A model generated the notes under the pieces. The model was given only the letters and a program-made list of their open reading frames with translations, ran no database searches and was not told the DNA's origin. From Enterobacteria phage RB18: a stretch of DNA of 64,000 nt. Both the position numbers and the translations under genes were made by a program. The stretch is from the sequence record NC_054906.1; one strand, written 5' to 3'. Positions within the stretch are counted from its first letter, which is position 1. Each line of letters opens with the position of its first letter. Shown here piece by piece: positions 57,787 through 64,000 of this stretch.

Positions 57787-59880
57787 TTATCCTTGAACGA
57801 ACTTGTAAGGCATGTTTGTAATATCTATGCAAGACGCAATAATTCCAAGAGATGATTCTACTTTCTGTTTAACATTTGATGAAACAAATGATGCAAAGTC
57901 AACTCTGTCTTCTATTTCAATATCACCTGTCATTGCAACCAATTCACCAGTTTCCATTAAATGGTCTCCGTCATAGATTACCGATTCGGTGAGTTCTTCG
58001 GTGGTCATAACTTCAGCTTGAATGAGTTTTGTATTATTAGACGTGGTTCCGTCATTATTAGAAGCATCAGTTATTTTATTAACTTTGACCATCAATCCGC
58101 GCGGTAGAATAACTTCAGCTTCTGTTGCTATTCCGAGATTTCCTGGATATACAACATTAACTTTATGAGCTCCATCAATTGCCCATCCTATTTGAACTTT
58201 AACGTATTCAGGATTTTCTTTATACGCTCTTATTTCGCTTGGATTAATAGTTATTCCTTCTTCATTTTTATCAACTGTCAATTCATTACGAGCTTCTGGT
58301 TCTAAAAGACCAATACCAGCATGTGTAATTCCAAAACGTCCAAAAATGATAGGAGTTAAAGAAGTAGATACAAAATTTCTGAAATAGAACACTTTATTTT
58401 TAACTAGTGCTTCGTATATAGGAGCAGTCATACTTTGAGCACGATAAACTGTGATGCCTTCCGGTATGCGGTCACCATTTTCAAAAGCTGAATCTAAGTT
58501 ATTTATAGCAGATTCAATTTCTTTTTCACTCATTACATCATATCGTTCTGGATTGTAACGACCTAAAAGAAGATTATTGATGTCAGTATATCCTGAACCG
58601 CAATATTCTCTAATGCCACGCTTTTGTGATGGAGTATATTTAGAACCATCGCGGGCAATAGTAATATCAATCATTGGACCAGCACCAATTCCAGAAAAAC
58701 TGTAAATCATTCGTTTGAGGAATTTAGTTTTTGCTGCGTTCCAGGAATTTTTAGTTATTTCTTCCCAGACTTCATCTGGTTGTCCTTTACGATTTTTATT
58801 ATGATTAGCAAGCCATTTATCTTTATAATCTTCAAAGAATTGATTTACAGCTGCTGCGTATTTCTCTAAACATTTTATTGAAGTAGTTGGTTCATTTTTA
58901 ATTGCATTAAAAATTACTTCTTTAATTTTTTCTGAAACTTCACCGACTTGACTCATTGGAAAGAATTTATAATCATAGTGAAGTTCATCTGCCGTTCCTT
59001 CAGCAATAATTTTTGCTGCCTTTGTTTTAGAAGCTAATGAATTAATTCCAATTTTCATTTCTTCTGCTTCGGGAATTAAAGGTGCAGTAGCTGGTTTATT
59101 AAAATTAGCTGCTGTAGATTCATACTTCTGGAATAATTCACTTTCAAATCTAGAAGATTCCAATGACTGACTTTGTGCAATTGCTCTACGGGAAATTTTA
59201 ACTTTAACGATTACAGCTTGGTCAGAACGTTTATCATTTTCTTGCGCAATAGATGCTGCAATTGCCTCATTTTTAGTTACTTGGGCTCCAGTATCTTTAT
59301 TGATATAAACATCACCGACTTTCGATTCAACTTTAGTAAAGAGCTCGGTACTAATTTCCGGAACTCCTGGAATGTCTTCTAGTGATACATTTTTGCGATG
59401 TATAAGAATATATGCATACTTTTTATCGTAATCCCAGAGTTCCTTAAGAAGGACGTATCTACCACCTGAACGACTACGGATAAGTCTATCAGCAATAACT
59501 TGAATTTGTCGAGCTTGGCCAGCAGTTTTAGACTTAAGAATACGAAGCATACAAGCATCAATTTTATATTGACGCATTGTTTGCATTGCAACAGTAAAAA
59601 CTGAATTGATATAATTAATCGGGCTTGGACCAAGACCTTTTAATTTGGCAATTGAACCTTTAGCAGTTAATGTAAAAGGAACAATATGCATCATTTTATC
59701 GCCCATCTTTAAATCGCGATTAGTATCACCTCCAGATGTATAGGTACATAAACGAAAGCCTGGTTGTTCAATTGCATCATCAACATGAACTGAAAAAATT
59801 TGTGGTATTTTCTTCTTTGGATTTAAGTTTGTAATCGGAAGAGTAGTATCTTCGTCAAATAATTCTGTAATAAGTTCCAT
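57787..59880 (-). CDS. alt: Alt ADP-ribosyltransferase, virion-packaged (697 aa from second ATG)
   Basis: ART motifs R (YRAQ), S-T-S (FVSTSL), E-x-E (TEAEVILPRG); own TATAAATA late promoter; N-terminus MELITELFDE. Confidence 0.9.
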   Translation of the reverse strand: MELITELFDEDTTLPITNLNPKKKIPQIFSVHVDDAIEQPGFRLCTYTSGGDTNRDLKMGDKMMHIVPFTLTAKGSIAKLKGLGPSPINYINSVFTVAMQTMRQYKIDACMLRILKSKTAGQARQIQVIADRLIRSRSGGRYVLLKELWDYDKKYAYILIHRKNVSLEDIPGVPEISTELFTKVESKVGDVYINKDTGAQVTKNEAIAASIAQENDKRSDQAVIVKVKISRRAIAQSQSLESSRFESELFQKYESTAANFNKPATAPLIPEAEEMKIGINSLASKTKAAKIIAEGTADELHYDYKFFPMSQVGEVSEKIKEVIFNAIKNEPTTSIKCLEKYAAAVNQFFEDYKDKWLANHNKNRKGQPDEVWEEITKNSWNAAKTKFLKRMIYSFSGIGAGPMIDITIARDGSKYTPSQKRGIREYCGSGYTDINNLLLGRYNPERYDVMSEKEIESAINNLDSAFENGDRIPEGITVYRAQSMTAPIYEALVKNKVFYFRNFVSTSLTPIIFGRFGITHAGIGLLEPEARNELTVDKNEEGITINPSEIRAYKENPEYVKVQIGWAIDGAHKVNVVYPGNLGIATEAEVILPRGLMVKVNKITDASNNDGTTSNNTKLIQAEVMTTEELTESVIYDGDHLMETGELVAMTGDIEIEDRVDFASFVSSNVKQKVESSLGIIASCIDITNMPYKFVQG

Positions 59881-59903
59881 CATAGCCTCTCTAGTGTTTA
59901 TTC

Positions 59904-59911
59904 TATTTATA
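59904..59911 (-). promoter_or_regulatory. late promoter TATAAATA (minus strand) for alt
   Basis: Exact TATAAATA on minus strand 24 nt upstream of the alt ATG. Confidence 0.55.
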
Positions 59912-59919
59912 AAATTAAA

Positions 59920-59931
59920 GGCCCGAAGGCC
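59920..59931 (-). terminator. hairpin terminator (minus strand) after the gene 30 / alt.1 unit
   Basis: Minus strand GGCCTTCGGGCC followed by TTTAATTTT. Confidence 0.5.
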
Positions 59932-59932
59932 T

Positions 59933-60121
59933 TTAATAATCTAGTGGTAAGAGAGTACGGTATATTTCAAACTTTGGACCTTTTTCATAGGCATCAAATG
60001 TTTCTGTGAATTTATTATAAGCATATGCATCTACAAATTCGAGAATGACTTGTGATACAGAAGTAGAAACATCTCCACCTTCTTTTTGAGCAATGACAAT
60101 TGTTTCTAAGTAAGCTTTCAT
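59933..60121 (-). CDS. hypothetical protein (62 aa) between gene 30 and alt
   Basis: Small ORF overlapping the gene 30 stop by 4 nt. Confidence 0.55.
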   Translation of the reverse strand: MKAYLETIVIAQKEGGDVSTSVSQVILEFVDAYAYNKFTETFDAYEKGPKFEIYRTLLPLDY

Positions 60122-61581
60122 AAACCAGTTACCTCATGAAAATCACCAAATACATCCTCGAATGTATTAGCTTTAGTTTTATCTTCACGTAAACGAATCG
60201 CAATCGGAAGAAATAATTTAACGTAATCAGTGCGGCCATCAGATTTTAACCAACCGTTACATTCGCACTCTAGAATTTTTCCAATATAATAATTTTGGTT
60301 TTCCATAATGCGAGTACGGTCAAGTTCATGTGATTTTACGCCGGCTTTATCTTTTAAGCCTGAACCAGCATTTACCTTAATTTTTCCACACTCTGACTCA
60401 AGAATAAATCCACCCGCTTTAGTAGGGTCTTTACGGTGAGGATAAATTCCTACAATTTTTAAATCAACATCAATTACTTCTTTAAATTTATAGAGATTTT
60501 TTGAACGAGCATTTTCCCATAATCCATCGATATTTTTGAGAATAATACCTTCAAGACCTTGGTCAATATACTTTTTATAAATTACCTTAGCTTCATCTAG
60601 GTTATTTACTACTTGGTTTTCAATTAAAATTACTTTATCATATCCTGATGTCATTTGTTCTAGTTTAGAAAAACGTACATCATATTTTAAACGAAACACC
60701 GGAAGACCATATATTTCTACTAATGGAACATAGTCCCAGACCTGAAACTTCATGCATTGAGCTTCTTTTTCTGAAATAGTTCCCTTTAAAGATTTATTGG
60801 CGATGCCATTAGATGCAGTACGTGATTCAGCTACTTCGGCGAATTCTTTAGCTTTACTAATTTCAGGATAAGCATCAAAAAGAAAATCTAGGCCTTCTGG
60901 CTCCTTTTTAACTTGCTCATGGTATACCAATTCGCCATCAATTAACACACCTTCTGGATGAATCTGGCGGGCTTCAGCGGTCATTTTAATTAACTCTTCC
61001 TTAAGAAGATCTAATCCTAGATATTCATTACCAGCTCGTGATAAAAGACGAACATCATCTAATTCATCACCTCTGACTTCAGCAAAGCACCGAGCTCCAT
61101 CAGCTTTTAACTGGGCAAAAGCTGGAAATTTGATATTCTTATTAATGCCTTTTTCATCATAAGAACTTGCAAGCATTTGAGGTTGTTCAGGAATTAAACC
61201 TGGCCAAACTTTGTTTGCAATAGATACTGAAGCACCGCATTCAAGGTCTCGCATCATCACACGACGCAAAACTTCAACATCATCTTTTTTACCGTCAGTA
61301 ATATATCCAGTTAATTCCTCAATTGCCGCATTTCCAGTCAATTTCCGAGTAGCTAACGTTAATTCAATGAAGTCAAGCATATCGGTAAGAGTCAACATTC
61401 CAAAACTCTGGGTAGCAATACCCGGTTTAGGCCATTTCTTGATATAATACTGTAACCCGCGAGAATAAGTCAGACGATATACTCGTTTAAGCAATTCATT
61501 ATCTTTGTTCTTTTCAAGAATTGCTTGCTTCTGCTTAGTTGAACCAATAGATGCTATTTCGTTCAGAATTTTAAGAATCAT
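60118..61581 (-). CDS. 30: gp30 ATP-dependent DNA ligase (487 aa)
   Basis: Adenylation motif KADGARC; N-terminus MILKILNEIASIGSTKQKQAIL; size equals T4 DNA ligase. Confidence 0.97.
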   Translation of the reverse strand: MILKILNEIASIGSTKQKQAILEKNKDNELLKRVYRLTYSRGLQYYIKKWPKPGIATQSFGMLTLTDMLDFIELTLATRKLTGNAAIEELTGYITDGKKDDVEVLRRVMMRDLECGASVSIANKVWPGLIPEQPQMLASSYDEKGINKNIKFPAFAQLKADGARCFAEVRGDELDDVRLLSRAGNEYLGLDLLKEELIKMTAEARQIHPEGVLIDGELVYHEQVKKEPEGLDFLFDAYPEISKAKEFAEVAESRTASNGIANKSLKGTISEKEAQCMKFQVWDYVPLVEIYGLPVFRLKYDVRFSKLEQMTSGYDKVILIENQVVNNLDEAKVIYKKYIDQGLEGIILKNIDGLWENARSKNLYKFKEVIDVDLKIVGIYPHRKDPTKAGGFILESECGKIKVNAGSGLKDKAGVKSHELDRTRIMENQNYYIGKILECECNGWLKSDGRTDYVKLFLPIAIRLREDKTKANTFEDVFGDFHEVTGL

Positions 61582-61847
61582 TGTTCATCCTTTAGAGTTT
61601 GGTTTACAGCTCTATTATAAATCAATTCATCATTAAGCTCAGTCAAAGACCTGTGGTACGTGGTTCTAACTTTATTTCCTTGCATCCAGTGCTTGACGTA
61701 AATGAAACCTTGCTCTACACATTTTTTAAAAATTCGTTCGTCTTTTTGAGCTCGGAATTCTGGATTGCATCTAAAAAATTGATTTACGTGACCGTAATCA
61801 CGTGTAGTATTACCTTCATTTTCATAAATAGTGTGAACGACAAACAT
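61578..61847 (-). CDS. hypothetical protein (89 aa), 30.1 position
   Basis: ORF with ATGA-type overlaps on both sides. Confidence 0.6.
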   Translation of the reverse strand: MFVVHTIYENEGNTTRDYGHVNQFFRCNPEFRAQKDERIFKKCVEQGFIYVKHWMQGNKVRTTYHRSLTELNDELIYNRAVNQTLKDEQ

Positions 61848-62683
61848 TAGAATGCTCCTTGGAAAATATTATCACCACTAGTAGGTCTATTATACAAATA
61901 CTCTATGCCACCAGGTTTAATATAGTTCCATGTCTGAAACGGATGTGTCTGATATGGATGATATAGATTATAAGGATTAAATCCAGGAGTTCTCCAGGTA
62001 GTGTTCCAAGGAAAAGAATCATTTTTAATCATCTTTTCAATTACATCTTTTATAACTTTTTCACTATCAAAACTTTCTTTATTTTCCTTCGATGGAAAAA
62101 GCTTATTCTCTACATCATTCCATGTATAAACTCGCTGAGCGGTTTTTGGAATACTGTCACGCTCCCCTCGAGCCATCCAATAAACAGGAACATTTAATAT
62201 TTCACTCGCGTGATCGCAATGGTGAGCGAGATCGTCAATATAACAAATTACGTTATATTTCTCTTTTGCCTTTTTGAACAACTCTTCTTTTGAAGAATCA
62301 TGACCACACATCAATACTTCTGAGAAGGCACCAGGAAAAAGAGCATTCAAATTAAATTGACGATTCAGCAGAGCGTCAATAGAATCACCCAATGCTGTAA
62401 CAGCTACAAAATTATAATCTTCTTTTAATTTGTTAATTACACACAGGGCATCTTTATATGGAGACAAGTAACGAATAAAATCTGAACGATTATACTTTTC
62501 GATTAATTTAACACCGAGTTCTTCATCGCAATTAAAGAGCTTACCAGGAGAAATAAATTTTTCGTCCTGAATCATTTTTAAAATATGTTCCAACGGAAGA
62601 TTATATTTTTGGGCAAAATAAGGAAGGCCCGATTGCCAGCTTAAACATACCCCGTCAATATCAGTCAAAATAGTAGGCTTCAT
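61847..62683 (-). CDS. HAD-superfamily phosphatase-like protein (278 aa), 30.2 position
   Basis: HAD motif I LTDIDGV near N-terminus and a later IDDL acid motif. Confidence 0.6.
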   Translation of the reverse strand: MKPTILTDIDGVCLSWQSGLPYFAQKYNLPLEHILKMIQDEKFISPGKLFNCDEELGVKLIEKYNRSDFIRYLSPYKDALCVINKLKEDYNFVAVTALGDSIDALLNRQFNLNALFPGAFSEVLMCGHDSSKEELFKKAKEKYNVICYIDDLAHHCDHASEILNVPVYWMARGERDSIPKTAQRVYTWNDVENKLFPSKENKESFDSEKVIKDVIEKMIKNDSFPWNTTWRTPGFNPYNLYHPYQTHPFQTWNYIKPGGIEYLYNRPTSGDNIFQGAF

Positions 62684-63144
62684 AGAGAGTCTCTTAATAG
62701 GTTTAACACATCAATAAATTCAGCTTCGGTTAGTATTGTATCATCTTTTGTTAGACCGCTGGCCATGCTGTGCTTCAAAATTTTTCCTTTAGAGGCTTGT
62801 AAGGCATCACGAAACCCCTTGTTTTGAATCGCTGCTTCAAAATATGCATTTGTGTACAACTCTTTCCACGCTGGTGAGTATCTTGAAAACGGAACTCCAA
62901 GCCAGAAGAGGGTCCCACGGTCCTGAGCTCTAGCATAAGACCTTCCAGCTTGTTGGGCGGCAAGCCCGGATAACCCAAATATACGTCTTTGCTGCTCAAC
63001 ATTTTTCACCTTGCATCCTTGGAGGAATCCTTCGAGACCTCCAAATTGAATACCATCCATGACGAAAGGCCATTGGGCGAAATTACTTAATGCGCATGAT
63101 GGCCATCTAAAATTGCTTCTAATCTCTAACTCAGACATTTTCAA
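62680..63144 (-). CDS. NADAR / YbiA-like (DUF1768) domain protein (154 aa), 30.3 position
   Basis: Block LSNFAQWPFVMDGIQF...EGFLQGCK matches the YbiA/NADAR signature FSNFAxWP..VDG...E.YFQ..K as recalled. Confidence 0.55.
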   Translation of the reverse strand: MKMSELEIRSNFRWPSCALSNFAQWPFVMDGIQFGGLEGFLQGCKVKNVEQQRRIFGLSGLAAQQAGRSYARAQDRGTLFWLGVPFSRYSPAWKELYTNAYFEAAIQNKGFRDALQASKGKILKHSMASGLTKDDTILTEAEFIDVLNLLRDSL

Positions 63145-63337
63145 TACTTATAATTTCAACATCAGCCCAATGACCATAACAAGGAAGACGAAATTCAACT
63201 GGCCAGTTAGGGTCCTTTTCTAATATAATAGACTTAACTTGTGGTTCTTCATGTTCATCAGTATATGGATTTTTATCTGTTACTTTATATGTGACCTTAA
63301 TGTACTGAATTCCAAAAATCTTATTAATTATATTCAT
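63131..63337 (-). CDS. hypothetical protein (68 aa)
   Basis: Small ORF in the 30.x array with overlapping start/stop. Confidence 0.5.
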   Translation of the reverse strand: MNIINKIFGIQYIKVTYKVTDKNPYTDEHEEPQVKSIILEKDPNWPVEFRLPCYGHWADVEIISIENV

Positions 63338-63531
63338 GCTAATTCCTTTAATCCGTAAATAGGAGATAATTCATCACCCATACGAAGGTCTTCATTTCCA
63401 TCTACCCAGGAAACAATATAAGCCTCTTTTATTTGAACACCACTCCATTTAAATGGAGGTAGAACCTTAGAAATTAATCCAGGTATACCAACTCCCTTTA
63501 ATTCAACAGTTTGACCTAAAAAGAATTTCAT
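63334..63531 (-). CDS. hypothetical protein (65 aa)
   Basis: Small ORF in the 30.x array with overlapping start/stop. Confidence 0.5.
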   Translation of the reverse strand: MKFFLGQTVELKGVGIPGLISKVLPPFKWSGVQIKEAYIVSWVDGNEDLRMGDELSPIYGLKELA

Positions 63532-63818
63532 TAGAACCTCATCTGAAAACCGTGCGATTTAACATTACCACCGCCAATATCAGAAATGTTAATTTCACTC
63601 GCAATTGAAGGGTCAATGTCAATTTCACGATTAAGTTTAGTGATAGCTAAAGTATCGCGCCCATTTACAGTACGGAACTCTAAAGGGCAGACTACATTAA
63701 CGTAGTTTTTAATCGATTCACTGGTAGGCTGCAAATGAGCAGGAAGGTCTTTGGGCGCCTTTGAGAAAACAACTTCACAGAAATTTTTGCGGGTGTCAAA
63801 ATAAGTAGTCATAAACAT
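63531..63818 (-). CDS. hypothetical protein (95 aa from the ATG at 63818)
   Basis: Track ORF extends to 63854 but that start lies inside the GGGGCCGAAGCCCC hairpin; the ATG at 63818 has a GAGGA Shine-Dalgarno. Confidence 0.5.
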   Translation of the reverse strand: MFMTTYFDTRKNFCEVVFSKAPKDLPAHLQPTSESIKNYVNVVCPLEFRTVNGRDTLAITKLNREIDIDPSIASEINISDIGGGNVKSHGFQMRF

Positions 63819-63835
63819 AATATTTTCCTCAGTAA

Positions 63836-63849
63836 GGGGCCGAAGCCCC
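63836..63849 (-). terminator. GC hairpin GGGGCCGAAGCCCC (third identical copy), terminator or RNA-stability element
   Basis: Identical 14-mer to 1399..1412 and 43321..43334. Confidence 0.45.
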
Positions 63850-64000
63850 CTCATTCATTTTAAATATCAAATTCGTTAAGAACTACATCAAAGATTGCTT
63901 CAAGATGCTCAGGTTTAGCTCTGTTACTCAGAATATGACGAATCCAAGTTTTAACCAAAAGCTTGCGATTAACGCCATTCCAGCAAGGATGAGTCCCTAA

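Overview
This window reads as a contiguous segment of a T4-like (Tevenvirinae, Tequatrovirus-type) myovirus genome, and I found no evidence of a wholly new multi-gene system in it. All identifications are by eye from the sequence and the supplied ORF track; no database search or tRNA-finding program was run. Layout: (1) 1-7650, minus strand: an early-type accessory region with small hypothetical, membrane and coiled-coil proteins, two capsid-targeting-sequence (CTS) internal-protein candidates, a cluster of 10 tRNA genes plus one tRNA-like RNA split by the GIY-YIG homing endonuclease gene segB, early-type promoters and intrinsic terminators. (2) 7646-11019, minus strand: genes 57B, 57A, 1, 3, 2, 4. 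(3) 11067-39632, plus strand: the late morphogenesis block 53, 5, 5.1, 5.4, 6-12, wac, 13-20, 67, 68, 21, 22, 23, with TATAAATA late promoters and GC-hairpin terminators. (4) 39682-49056: segD, 24, rnlB, 24.2, 24.3, hoc, inh, uvsW, uvsW.1, uvsY, 25, 26. (5) 49107-55346, plus strand: baseplate hub/tail genes 51, 27, 28, 29, 48, 54. (6) 55375-63854, minus strand: two tandem Alt-type ADP-ribosyltransferase paralogs, DNA ligase (30), and small 30.x ORFs including a HAD-like and a NADAR/YbiA-like protein. ORF sizes match T4 proteins closely, and the fibritin C-terminus carries the foldon sequence as I recall it from T4. It is probably not T4 itself: the tRNA set decoded here differs from the eight tRNAs I recall for T4, and no homing endonuclease gene sits between inh and uvsW. 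The points most worth a second look are the tRNA repertoire, the 24-bp direct repeats flanking the ipI-like gene, a perfect CRP-like palindrome beside tRNA-Asn, the CTS-bearing internal-protein candidates, the tandem Alt paralogs and the NADAR-like protein.
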